DNA of 32,000 bases from Thermodesulfobacteriota bacterium (lineage in GTDB: Bacteria > Desulfobacterota > WTBG01 > JAGOGO01), in assembly GCA_026625185.1 (NCBI GenBank), contig CP113000.1:2772651-2804650 (forward strand). The letters are read 5' to 3'. Each line of letters opens with the position of its first letter. Position 1 is the first letter of the stretch. Position numbers and translations under genes: made by a program. Positions 1 through 8,684 of the stretch are shown piece after piece. Under the pieces are notes generated by a model. That model had not been told where the DNA came from, searched no databases, and saw nothing but the letters and a program-made list of their open reading frames with translations.

Positions 1-712
1 TTCTTTGCGTTTGGTCCACCATAATTCCTTCATAACCAAAAACATTCCCCTCCTGATCATAACGAACAAGGCTTGTAAGCTGGACAGCTATCGGGGCTCC
101 ATTCTTACGTTTAAAGTCAACCTCATAATTGATTACCTGACCTTCCCGCTCGATCATTTCTTGGAATTTGAGACGGTCCTGAGGTTTGAGATAAAGATCT
201 TTGGTAATATCAATCTTAAAAAACTCCTCCTTGTTTTCATAACCCAGCATAGTTAGGAGGGCTTTGTTGACATTTAAAAATTTTCCTTCCTTGCTGCTTA
301 TGTATACCCCGCAACCCACGTTTTCAAATAAGCTTTTGTAATCCTCTTCTGAGGTCTTGATCTTCTCCTCTCGCTTTTTTCGCAGAGTAATATCACGACA
401 AATACCAAGCTTAAATACGGTTCCATCCTGGTTTTTTAACGGCATTTCCAAAACATAATAGGTTTTATCAACCTTTGGGAGGTAGATCTCCCTCCGGATA
501 GTGCTTCCGGCAAAAACTTCTTTTGATCGGCACCACGGGCATACCTCGTCACTTTGATTCAACGCAAAATAACATTTTTCTCCTTTTGCCTCCCCAAAAT
601 CTTTAACCATGCTATCATTCATAAATTCAACAGTGTAATCATCGTTAATGACATAAACATTGTCCTGCATGGCTTGAAAAATGGAGATTATTTGACTGTT
701 TTTTTCATTCAT
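1..712 (-). CDS. PAS-domain sensor protein, N-terminal part (gene runs off the left edge)
   Basis: Missing from the ORF track because no stop lies in-window. Hand translation of the reverse strand from ATG 712-710 (AGGAG at 725-721, 8 nt spacer) stays open to position 1. It reads MNEKNSQIISIFQAMQDNVYVINDDYTVEFMNDSMVKDFGEAKGEKCYFALNQSDEVCPWCRSKEVF...LRKKREEKIKTSEEDYKSLFENVGCGVYISSKEGKFLNVNKALLTMLGYENKEEF...DFKRKNGAPIAVQL. This looks like two PAS-like modules separated by a charged linker. Confidence 0.75.
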   Translation of the reverse strand, partial: MNEKNSQIISIFQAMQDNVYVINDDYTVEFMNDSMVKDFGEAKGEKCYFALNQSDEVCPWCRSKEVFAGSTIRREIYLPKVDKTYYVLEMPLKNQDGTVFKLGICRDITLRKKREEKIKTSEEDYKSLFENVGCGVYISSKEGKFLNVNKALLTMLGYENKEEFFKIDITKDLYLKPQDRLKFQEMIEREGQVINYEVDFKRKNGAPIAVQLTSLVRYDQEGNVFGYEGIMVDQTQR

Positions 713-748
713 TATCTATGCTCCTAAAAACAAGACTTTACGAAAAAT

Positions 749-890
749 AAACCCGATTAGAAAAATTTTACGCGGGGCATTTAACCTGTGTGAAAAACTG
801 TTAGAATTTTTAAGTGCACCAGGTGCTTCTTCACTCTGTTAAATATTTGAGATCTAACAGAACAAGCGCGGCATTTCTAACGAGTTAAAC
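749..890 (+). repeat. Intergenic inverted-terminus element, copy A (142 bp)
   Basis: Left end is aaacccgattagaaa (749-763) and right end is tttctaacgagtt (874-886), which are imperfect reverse complements. Nested inverted repeat CTGTTAGA (798-805) / TCTAACAG (853-860). Palindrome GCACCaGGTGC at 816-826. Positions 826-890 align without gaps to 1762-1826, with 48 of 65 identical by hand count. Confidence 0.65.
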
Positions 891-1064
891 AAGGCGCCGA
901 TTGATAAACTAAATTCTACCATCTATTCTCTCAAAAAAAAAGGGCGAATGCGAAAACGATTTTCCCTTGTCTGTGTGTTCCCAGTAATGATAAAATAATT
1001 TTTAAAGATTTCTTTTATCTTTCTTTTATTAAAAGCAACAGCCCATAAATCGGATTAAGAAGAC

Positions 1065-1721
1065 TTGGAAGAAAAACCGTCCTTTGGTGGACTTCTTAAT
1101 AATCTTTTCTTTAACGCCCTAAAATTTTTAGGGTATAGGCTACTTAAAACATTTTTTTCCTTTGAAGCCGTCAACATCCACCAGGTACCCCCTACCGGTG
1201 CTTTTATTATCACCGCCAATCACTTCAGTTTTATGGATCCGCCTGTGCTTCAAGCTGCCTGTCCACGAAGGATTTACTTCCTGATGACCGAAAAATATTA
1301 CAACCCCATCTGGGTGCGCTGGTTTTTCAGGCTGATGCGGACTATACCACTTCGTGACAACACTGTTTACAATATTGGTCCAGTAAAAACCGGTTTAGAA
1401 ATTCTTAAGCGTGGTAACGTGATTGGTATATTTCCTGAGGGAGGTGTCAGTAAAACCGGTATCATTCAAGAAGGGCGACCAGGGACTCTGTTAATAGCTC
1501 AAAAATCCAATGTGTCGATACTTCCTGCTTTTATTTCGGGAACTTACCTGGCACTGCCCAAACACGCAAAGTTTTTCCGCAAGGCTAAAATAAAGGTTAT
1601 TTTCGGAAATCCAATAACGTATGAGGAGCTTGCGAGAGGGGTAAAAGGGAAAAAGGGATTAAAGGATGCAACCCAAAACCTGATTCAAAAAATCCGTGAT
1701 TTGTCCCAAAAAAATCAGTGA
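1065..1721 (+). CDS. plsC: 1-acyl-sn-glycerol-3-phosphate acyltransferase family (PlsC-like)
   Basis: 218-aa ORF. Acyltransferase HX4D motif NHFSFMD and the FPEGGVS motif are present. TTG start; no in-frame ATG before the catalytic motif. Confidence 0.85.
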   Translation: MEEKPSFGGLLNNLFFNALKFLGYRLLKTFFSFEAVNIHQVPPTGAFIITANHFSFMDPPVLQAACPRRIYFLMTEKYYNPIWVRWFFRLMRTIPLRDNTVYNIGPVKTGLEILKRGNVIGIFPEGGVSKTGIIQEGRPGTLLIAQKSNVSILPAFISGTYLALPKHAKFFRKAKIKVIFGNPITYEELARGVKGKKGLKDATQNLIQKIRDLSQKNQ

Positions 1722-1826
1722 ACCCAGTTAGAAGGATTTCACACTTAACCTTAACCCCGCTCTTCTTCACCCGTTTAAAAATTTGCTGCCTAACGGGGCA
1801 AGCAGGGCATTTCTAACGGGGTAAAT
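1721..1826 (+). repeat. Intergenic inverted-terminus element, copy B (106 bp)
   Basis: Begins at the last base of the plsC stop codon. Left end acccagttagaa matches the reverse complement of right end ttctaacggggt (1811-1822) at 11 of 12 positions. CTAACGGGG occurs twice (1790-1798, 1813-1821). The interior is homologous to copy A. Confidence 0.7.
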
Positions 1827-1949
1827 TTTTTTCTGCAAACTCTTATTGACTCATTTTAAATACCGTGTAAACATTATTCATTAACGTTTTTTTTATTTTA
1901 ATAACCAAACCGGAATCTTGAAGTTTAAATTTGGTAATGAGAGAAAATT

Positions 1950-3500
1950 ATGTCGGTTGATATACATCAGGAAAAGCTGCTTATTCTCGACTTTGGCTCC
2001 CAATATACCCAATTGATTGCGCGACGAGTTAGGGAACTTAAAGTTTATTGTGAGATCCATCCTTTTAACCGATCAATTGACTTCATCAAAAAATTTAAAC
2101 CCCAGGGGATTATTCTCTCCGGAGGACCTGCAAGTGTCTACGATGAAGGTGCTCCCACTCTCGTCAGAGAAGTCTTAGACCTCAATATCCCTATTTTGGG
2201 TATTTGTTATGGTATGCAAATCTTAGCTCATAGTTTAGACGGAGTAGTAACCAAGGCCCCCAAAAGAGAGTACGGGCGGGCACTTATTAAGGTTAAAAAA
2301 GAAAGTCTCCTCTTTCGAGGTTTGGAACAGGAGCAACCGGCCTGGATGAGCCATGGCGACAGAATTGAAAAGCTGCCTGATGGGTTTATCACCATTGCAT
2401 ATAGTAATAATTCTCCCCATGCCGCGATCCAGCACTCTAAAAGACCCTTTTACGGTGTCCAATTTCATCCTGAAGTTATTCATACCCCAAAGGGAAGCGA
2501 TATTCTCCGAAACTTTGCTTTCCTGATTTGTAAATGCCGGGGACTTTGGACAATGAAGTCATTCATTGAAAGTACCATTAATGAAATCCGCTCGCTGGTC
2601 AATAATAACCAGGTTATTTGTGCGGTAAGCGGTGGAGTAGATTCTACTGTTACTGCCGTCCTCATCCACCATGCGATTAATGAGCGGCTTAAATGTGTTT
2701 TTGTCAATAATGGAGTCTTGCGAAAAGGAGAAGCGGAGAAAGTAGTAAGTGTCTTTAAAAATAATTTTAAAATTAATCTTTCTTATGTGAATGAGGAAAT
2801 GCGGTTCTTGGAAAAACTCAAAAATGTTACTGACCCGGAAGAAAAAAGGAAGATTATCGGCAATGAATTCATTTATGTCTTTGAAGATTACGCTCGAAAA
2901 ATAAGTGGAATAGACTTTTTGGCGCAGGGAACACTTTATCCCGATGTGATTGAAAGCGTATCGTTCAAGGGCCCATCTGCAACCATTAAATCCCATCACA
3001 ATGTGGGGGGCCTACCGGAAAAGATGAATCTTAAATTGATCGAGCCATTGCGGGAATTATTTAAAGATGAAGTAAGGGAACTGGGAAAAGAATTAGGGAT
3101 TGAAAATGAAATACTGTGGCGTCAGCCTTTTCCAGGCCCGGGTCTCGCAATAAGAATTTTAGGAGGGGTTACTCCTGAGCGTCTTCACATATTGCGAGAG
3201 GCGGATGATATTGTGGTTACTGAAATGAAGAAAACCGGATGGTATTGGAAGGTCTGGCAGTCTTTTGCGGTTCTTCTGCCGGTAAAAACCGTTGGTGTTA
3301 TGGGGGATGAAAGGACCTATGAAAATGTAATCGCCATTCGGGTAGTTGAAAGTAAAGACGGTATGACCGCCGACTGGGTTAACCTCCCTTATGATTTGCT
3401 TGGCCACATCGCCAACCGGATTATCAACGAAGTAACCGGGGTAAACCGTGTTGTCTATGACGTTTCCTCCAAGCCGCCCAGCACGATTGAGTGGGAATAG
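1950..3500 (+). CDS. guaA: GMP synthase (glutamine-hydrolysing)
   Basis: 516 aa. N-terminal class-I glutamine amidotransferase domain (GICYGMQ, QFHPEV), ATP-pyrophosphatase P-loop SGGVDS, and the conserved C-terminal dimerisation domain ending PPSTIEWE. Confidence 0.97.
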   Translation: MSVDIHQEKLLILDFGSQYTQLIARRVRELKVYCEIHPFNRSIDFIKKFKPQGIILSGGPASVYDEGAPTLVREVLDLNIPILGICYGMQILAHSLDGVVTKAPKREYGRALIKVKKESLLFRGLEQEQPAWMSHGDRIEKLPDGFITIAYSNNSPHAAIQHSKRPFYGVQFHPEVIHTPKGSDILRNFAFLICKCRGLWTMKSFIESTINEIRSLVNNNQVICAVSGGVDSTVTAVLIHHAINERLKCVFVNNGVLRKGEAEKVVSVFKNNFKINLSYVNEEMRFLEKLKNVTDPEEKRKIIGNEFIYVFEDYARKISGIDFLAQGTLYPDVIESVSFKGPSATIKSHHNVGGLPEKMNLKLIEPLRELFKDEVRELGKELGIENEILWRQPFPGPGLAIRILGGVTPERLHILREADDIVVTEMKKTGWYWKVWQSFAVLLPVKTVGVMGDERTYENVIAIRVVESKDGMTADWVNLPYDLLGHIANRIINEVTGVNRVVYDVSSKPPSTIEWE

Positions 3501-3541
3501 CAATACTCTAAAAGATAGGACCAACCCGCAAAAAATCCCTT

Positions 3542-3733
3542 TCAATTTTTTTTGTTGTTTTTTGTGTTTTTCTCGCCCTCTTTCACTTTTTCTTTTCGAC
3601 AGGATTGGCATCGCGTTTCACTGCACATTTGGCAATAAAAACAATCCGGGCAATTATGCTTTTTGGGACTTCCGGGTTTTATTTCGGGTTCATAAACCCA
3701 ACCTTCAATTCCGGGTAATTTAATAAACGGCAT
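3542..3733 (-). CDS. Small cysteine-rich protein (63 aa), function unknown
   Basis: ATG at 3733 is preceded by aaGGAAAcagaa. The Cys pattern is CPDCFYCQMCSETRCQSCR (C-x2-C-x2-C-x2-C-x4-C-x2-C), followed by a Lys/Asn-rich tail. The competing + strand ORF 3448-3723 starts out of frame inside guaA and is low complexity. Confidence 0.55.
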   Translation of the reverse strand: MPFIKLPGIEGWVYEPEIKPGSPKKHNCPDCFYCQMCSETRCQSCRKEKVKEGEKNTKNNKKN

Positions 3734-4038
3734 TTCTGTTTCCTTTTTTTATATTACCTATAAGATAATTCTTTGGAAGTTTTTTGCAATTTTTTATCAC
3801 TTGATAATCATACCAGTATAAAAAAATGCTATAAGACACTAAACCAAGTTCAGAGTTACAAAAATTATAGTGGTTCTTCGTGTAGATTTATTTGAAACCT
3901 CAGTTTTTCACCCACATTCTTCCACAATGGGACATAATAACTTTGCAGCCGCCGGTTAAAACAATTATTTATTTTTTGGGGAAAAAAATTTGAAAGGCTT
4001 TTAGCTGATTGCTTATTTTTGATTTACGAAAAAGAGAT

Positions 4039-4066
4039 TTGATTGTAAGGAAATCGGCGTTATGAT
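4039..4066 (+). promoter_or_regulatory. Candidate sigma-70 promoter upstream of dnaE
   Basis: TTGATT (4039-4044), 16-nt spacer, TATGAT (4061-4066), about 60 nt upstream of the dnaE start. Pattern match only, in AT-rich DNA. Confidence 0.25.
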
Positions 4067-4124
4067 ATATGGTTACTAACCGGGCGGTATAACCAAAAAA
4101 TATTATTTAATGAGATCGTTATTC

Positions 4125-7100
4125 ATGAAACACGCGGATTTTGTACACCTACATCTTCACACCCAATATAGTTTGCTTGATGGCGCTATTCGACCAAAGG
4201 AACTTTTTGAGCGAGCAAAAGAATATAACCTTCCCGCGCTTGCTATTACTGATCATGGAAATATGTTTGGGGCTATCGATTTCTATCAGACTGCCTATGA
4301 ATATGGAATCAAACCGATAATTGGCTGCGAAATCTATGTGGCGCCGGCGAGTCGGTTCGATAAAGATACTTCAGTAATTTCTGAAGCTTCCTTTCATTTA
4401 GTTCTCTTAGTGAAAAACCAGATTGGTTATAAAAACTTGCTCAATTTGGTAAGCAAGGCTTATTTTGAAGGATTTTACTATCGGCCTCGGGTAGATAAAG
4501 AACTATTGAAAGAATTCAACCAAGGGCTTATCGCCATGAGCTCCTGTCTCCACGGAGAAATTCCCTACCTTATTGTCCATGGACAAAAAGATCAAGCTTT
4601 AAAGACCGCAGCGGAGTACAGAGAAATTTTTGATAATAACCGCTTCTTTCTCGAAATCCAGGAGAACGGGATTAAGGAGCAAAACATTGCTAATCGAGGT
4701 ATTCTCGAAATAAGTAAAAAACTCGGTATCCCGATTGTTGCAACCAATGACTGCCATTACCTGAACAAAGAGGATGTGATGGCTCATGAAGCCTTGGTGG
4801 CAATCCGTACGGGAAAGACCCTTTCGAGCCCGGACCGTATGAAATTTTCAACCGAAGAACTTTACTTTAAACCTCCGGAGATGATGAAGGAGATTTTCCG
4901 AGACTACCCTGAGGCAATAAAGAATACCATAGAAATTTCTGAACGCTGTAATTTGGAGCTGACATTTAATGAGCCGAAATTTCCTTCCTTCCCGGTTGAA
5001 GAACCTGAAACTCCCAATACCGCAGTGCGAAACCTTGCCCGAATCGGTTTAGCCGAGCGCCTGCAAAAACACCCACTCAAGCTCAATTCTGATTTTGATT
5101 CTTTAAAAAGACAATATGAGCAACGGCTTGAGAGTGAATTGGACCTTATTAATTCCGAAGGTTTTTCAAGTTATTTTCTCATTGTTTCTGATTTTGTTAA
5201 TTTTGCAAAAAAAAATGATATTCCGGTTGGTCCGGGCCGTGGATCGGCAGCGGGAAGCTTAGTCGCCTATTCTCTTAGAATAACCGAGATTGATCCGATC
5301 CCTTACGGACTTCTTTTTGAACGATTTTTAAACCCGGAACGGATTTCCCCCCCTGATATTGATATGGATTTCTGTATGGATGGCCGGGACCGGGTAATTG
5401 AATATGTGAGGAATAAATACGGAAACGACAAGGTAGCTCAGATTATCACCTTTGGTAAAATGAAGGCTCGGGCAGTGGTAAGAGATGTGGGCAGGGCACT
5501 CGATATGCCCTATAAAGATGTCGATAAAATTGCCAAACTCATTCCCGACACACTCAATATCACCATTGACGAGGCGCTTCGTCTGGAACCGGCATTACGG
5601 CAACTGGAAGAAGAGGATGAAAAGGTAAAATTACTTATTTCCCTCTCACGGGTCTTGGAAGGTCTTCCCCGGCATGAATCCACCCATGCCGCCGGGGTAG
5701 TGATCTCCGACAAACCTTTGGTTGAATATCTTCCCTTATGTAAAGAATCCAAGGGAGAGGTGGCCACCCAGTATGCCATGGACGATGTGGCGAAAATTGG
5801 CCTTATTAAGTTTGATTTTCTGGGTCTTAAAACCCTTACCGTAATTGACCAGGCTTTAAAACTTATTAATCGCGATGAAGTAAAAATACCCGACATCAAT
5901 GAAATCCCTTTAGACGACAAAGAAACATATGCGTTATTATCCTCCGGAGAAACTGAGGGGATTTTTCAGCTTGAAAGTTCGGGTATGAAAGAGCTTATCT
6001 CCAAAATGCAGCCTGAAAACATTGATGATGTTACCGACCTTAATGCACTCTATCGTCCCGGCCCTCTTCAGTCCGGCATGGTGGAAGATTACATTCGGAG
6101 AAGAAAGGGCGAAACCAATATTTCTTACCTTGTTCCCCAGTTGAAAAGCATCCTCGCTGACACCTATGGTGTAATCCTCTATCAAGAACAGGTCATGAAG
6201 ATCGCCCAGGTTTTAGCGGGATATTCTTTGGGCGAAGCTGATATCCTGCGTCGCGCGATGGGTAAGAAAAAATTTCAGGAGATGGAAGAGCAGAAGGAAA
6301 AATTTCTCCAGGGTACTCAGAAGCATAAAATTCCGCCCAAAAAAGCAGAAGAGATTTTCAATTTAATGGCAAATTTTGCTGGTTATGGGTTTAATAAATC
6401 TCACAGCGTTGCCTATGCCGTGATTGCTTATCAAACTGCCTATCTCAAGGCCCACTACCCCGTTGAATTCATGGCTGCTTTATTAACCTGTGAGATGGGG
6501 AATACGGATAAAGTAATCCGTCATATCGGAGAATGTCGGGAAAGAGGTCTCGAGGTTTTACCCCCGGATGTTAATGAAAGTCAACGAGACTTCATTGTTG
6601 CCGGCAAAAAAATTCGTTTTGGTTTAGCGGCAGTAAAAAATGTGGGAACAGCGGCTATTGAGGCAATTATTAAAGCCCGCGACAATGAAGGGCCTTTTAA
6701 CAATATTTTCGATTTTTGCCGGCGCGTTGATTTGCGAAAAGTTAATAAAAAGGTAATCGAAAGTTTAATTAAATGCGGGGCTTTTGATTCAACCGGCCCT
6801 TTGCGTTCTCAACTGTGGGCGATTTATGAAAAAGCTATGGAAAAAGGTCAACAACTTCAAAAGCAAAAAGGAGACAAACAAAAATCATTGTTCGGTGAAG
6901 CGGAAAATGGTTTTTCTTTCTCATATGATGGCAAGTATCCAGAGATTCGTGAATGGCCCGAAAGCGAACTCCTAACATATGAAAAAGAAGCCCTCGGTTT
7001 TTTTATTTCCAGCCATCCCCTGGTAAGCTTTGAAAAAGAATTAAAAAAAGCATCCAACACCGATACCAAGGAAATCCAGAATTTAAAAGATGGGGCAGAG

Positions 7101-7598
7101 GCAAAAATCGGAGGGGTACCAGTGGCATTAAACGAAATTAAAACCAAGCGGGGAGATATTATGGCCTTTGTAACCCTGGAGGACTTAAATGGATCAATTG
7201 AGGTTATTGTATTTGCTGAACTCTATAAAAAAGTCTCTCCGATTATAAAAAGCGAACAACCGATTTTGGTAAAAGGCAAAGTTACTATGGACACGAACAA
7301 TCAAAAATCCAAGGTAAAGGCCGAAGAGATAAGCCTTCTCGCTGATGTTGCCAAAGTTTTACCGTCGACAGTGCACTTTAGTTTGGACCTCTCACTTATC
7401 TCAAAACCACAACTGGAAAAATTAAAAAATATCCTCAAGCATCACCCTGGAAAATGCGCCGCCTTCCTTCATCTTTTAGTTCCCGGCCGGTCAGAGACTA
7501 TTATTTCCTTGCCGGAAGAATTACACTTAAATCCTTCGGATGGCTTGTCTAAAGAAGTTGAATACCTTTTCGGAAGCCAGGTGATGACATTCGACTAA
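4125..7598 (+). CDS. dnaE: DNA polymerase III alpha subunit
   Basis: PHP domain start MKHADFVHLHLHTQYSLLDG, polymerase core (GPGRGSAAGSLVAY, FDFLGLKTL, AMGKKK) and a C-terminal OB fold. I chose ATG 4125 because MKHADFVHLHLH matches the spacing of the N-terminus as I recall it for E. coli DnaE. The track's longest ORF starts at 4110. Confidence 0.96.
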   Translation: MKHADFVHLHLHTQYSLLDGAIRPKELFERAKEYNLPALAITDHGNMFGAIDFYQTAYEYGIKPIIGCEIYVAPASRFDKDTSVISEASFHLVLLVKNQIGYKNLLNLVSKAYFEGFYYRPRVDKELLKEFNQGLIAMSSCLHGEIPYLIVHGQKDQALKTAAEYREIFDNNRFFLEIQENGIKEQNIANRGILEISKKLGIPIVATNDCHYLNKEDVMAHEALVAIRTGKTLSSPDRMKFSTEELYFKPPEMMKEIFRDYPEAIKNTIEISERCNLELTFNEPKFPSFPVEEPETPNTAVRNLARIGLAERLQKHPLKLNSDFDSLKRQYEQRLESELDLINSEGFSSYFLIVSDFVNFAKKNDIPVGPGRGSAAGSLVAYSLRITEIDPIPYGLLFERFLNPERISPPDIDMDFCMDGRDRVIEYVRNKYGNDKVAQIITFGKMKARAVVRDVGRALDMPYKDVDKIAKLIPDTLNITIDEALRLEPALRQLEEEDEKVKLLISLSRVLEGLPRHESTHAAGVVISDKPLVEYLPLCKESKGEVATQYAMDDVAKIGLIKFDFLGLKTLTVIDQALKLINRDEVKIPDINEIPLDDKETYALLSSGETEGIFQLESSGMKELISKMQPENIDDVTDLNALYRPGPLQSGMVEDYIRRRKGETNISYLVPQLKSILADTYGVILYQEQVMKIAQVLAGYSLGEADILRRAMGKKKFQEMEEQKEKFLQGTQKHKIPPKKAEEIFNLMANFAGYGFNKSHSVAYAVIAYQTAYLKAHYPVEFMAALLTCEMGNTDKVIRHIGECRERGLEVLPPDVNESQRDFIVAGKKIRFGLAAVKNVGTAAIEAIIKARDNEGPFNNIFDFCRRVDLRKVNKKVIESLIKCGAFDSTGPLRSQLWAIYEKAMEKGQQLQKQKGDKQKSLFGEAENGFSFSYDGKYPEIREWPESELLTYEKEALGFFISSHPLVSFEKELKKASNTDTKEIQNLKDGAEAKIGGVPVALNEIKTKRGDIMAFVTLEDLNGSIEVIVFAELYKKVSPIIKSEQPILVKGKVTMDTNNQKSKVKAEEISLLADVAKVLPSTVHFSLDLSLISKPQLEKLKNILKHHPGKCAAFLHLLVPGRSETIISLPEELHLNPSDGLSKEVEYLFGSQVMTFD

Positions 7599-7606
7599 TT
7601 TAATTT

Positions 7607-8332
7607 ATGTATATCAATAGAACGTATAGAAACTTTGATAAAAATGAAAACCTTATCCCTTTCCAGGTTAGTATTAAAGAAACTGACCTTTATTTAAAAG
7701 CTCAAAAAAATTTAGAAAAAGAAGCGCGAGATTTGGCTTTTCGTTATAGAAGCCAGATTGAGAATTACATTCTTTCACATCCGGCTTTTGAGAAAAGCTT
7801 GGTTCCTTTACCCTATGATGATTATGCCCCGTTGATTGTACAGGAGATGCTCCGGGCATCTTCGCTCGTGGGAGTTGGACCTATGGCCGCGGTAGCTGGC
7901 GCAATCGCGGAATTTGTGGGAAAGTCACTTTTGAAATATTCTTCGGAGGTAATTGTTGAAAATGGGGGTGATATATTTTTATCCACTGCCGAAAAAGAGA
8001 TTATAGTTAAAATAGTTGCCGGCGCATCTCCTCTTTCTCAAAAAATCGGTATTAAGGTGTTACCTTCGGAAACGCCGCTCGGTATTTGCACCTCATCGGG
8101 CACTGTTGGGCCATCTTTGAGTTTCGGTAAGGCTGATGCGGTGACCATCGTGTCCCCTTCAACTGCCTTAGCCGATTCAGTTGCCACTGCAGTCGGCAAT
8201 AGGGTAAAAAAACCAGATGATATCCCCTTCAGTCTGAAAGTGGCAGAATCACTATCGGAAATAAAAGGGATAATTATTATAGTGGGTGAAAAAATGGGGG
8301 TCTGGGGAAATATTGAATTGGTTAAATTATAG
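7607..8332 (+). CDS. UPF0280 family protein (ApbE-like superfamily)
   Basis: 241 aa, starting 8 nt after the dnaE stop. The segments VGVGPMAAVAGAIAEFVG and VENGGDIFL match what I recall of UPF0280/ApbE-like proteins. Family assignment is from memory, not a search. Confidence 0.7.
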   Translation: MYINRTYRNFDKNENLIPFQVSIKETDLYLKAQKNLEKEARDLAFRYRSQIENYILSHPAFEKSLVPLPYDDYAPLIVQEMLRASSLVGVGPMAAVAGAIAEFVGKSLLKYSSEVIVENGGDIFLSTAEKEIIVKIVAGASPLSQKIGIKVLPSETPLGICTSSGTVGPSLSFGKADAVTIVSPSTALADSVATAVGNRVKKPDDIPFSLKVAESLSEIKGIIIIVGEKMGVWGNIELVKL

Positions 8333-8343
8333 GAGTTATCTCA

Positions 8344-8553
8344 ATGCACTTTCATATCGGAATGGTTATTATCGGTTTAATTATGGTTAGTTTTGCTTTT
8401 TGGGCGATATATTATGGAAAGGGCTATTTAGAAAAGTTAGGAGGCATCATAGCTCCCCTTGGCGTGCTGATAACTATTTTGGGTTCGCTTCTCCTCGCTG
8501 TACCTGGATTCTTTTTCCCGCTTAAAGAAATGATCGCTGAATTTTTAAAATAA
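8344..8553 (+). CDS. Small two-helix membrane protein (69 aa)
   Basis: AGGAG lies 8 nt upstream of the ATG. Two hydrophobic stretches (MVIIGLIMVSFAFWAIYY and IIAPLGVLITILGSLLLAVPGFFF). Starts 11 nt after the UPF0280 gene. Confidence 0.55.
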   Translation: MHFHIGMVIIGLIMVSFAFWAIYYGKGYLEKLGGIIAPLGVLITILGSLLLAVPGFFFPLKEMIAEFLK

Positions 8554-8656
8554 ACCCCGTTAAAAAATTTTCTAATGGGATTTAGCCCGGTTAAAAAAGT
8601 GTAAAATTTTAAGGTTACCCCGTACCTCCACAAGTGGTGGTTCTAACGGGGTAAAA
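8552..8656 (+). repeat. Intergenic inverted-terminus element, copy C (105 bp)
   Basis: Overlaps the TAA stop of the small ORF. Left end accccgttaaaa matches the reverse complement of right end ttctaacggggt (8641-8652) at 11 of 12 positions. Perfect 9-bp nested stem TTACCCCGT (8615-8623) / ACGGGGTAA (8646-8654). The 5' part parallels copy A (aaacccgattagaaaaatttt vs aaaccccgttaaaaaatttt). Confidence 0.65.
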
Positions 8657-8684
8657 TTATTAATCTGCTATCTATGTGGTTGAA

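Noticed and set aside
5-256. 83-aa + strand ORF from the track
   Set aside because: It lies antisense to a much longer open frame with clear PAS-domain sequence and a good RBS. The product is low-complexity and Ile/Leu/Phe-rich, as expected for a shadow ORF in AT-rich DNA.
1827-1949. Looked for a purine/guanine riboswitch upstream of guaA, and likewise upstream of guaB (24030-24338)
   Set aside because: I could not find the conserved three-way-junction sequence features of purine riboswitches. Only AT-rich DNA and a weak TTGACT...TAAACA promoter-like match are present.
2235-3611. Several - strand ORFs (82-150 aa) inside guaA
   Set aside because: They are entirely nested antisense within a highly conserved GMP synthase gene and have no motifs. 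These are shadow ORFs.
3448-3723. 91-aa + strand ORF overlapping the guaA 3' end and the small Cys-rich gene
   Set aside because: It starts out of frame inside guaA, has no RBS, and its sequence is low-complexity and Phe/Leu/Cys-rich. The opposite-strand ORF has an RBS and an ordered Cys motif.
3895-3965. Possible degenerate extra copy of the dispersed element upstream of dnaE (tttttcaccca...gccgccggttaaaac). A similar weak resemblance occurs at 30600-30650.
   Set aside because: Similarity is limited to short cores (TTCACCC, CCGGTTAAAA) without convincing paired termini. It needs a statistical search before being counted.
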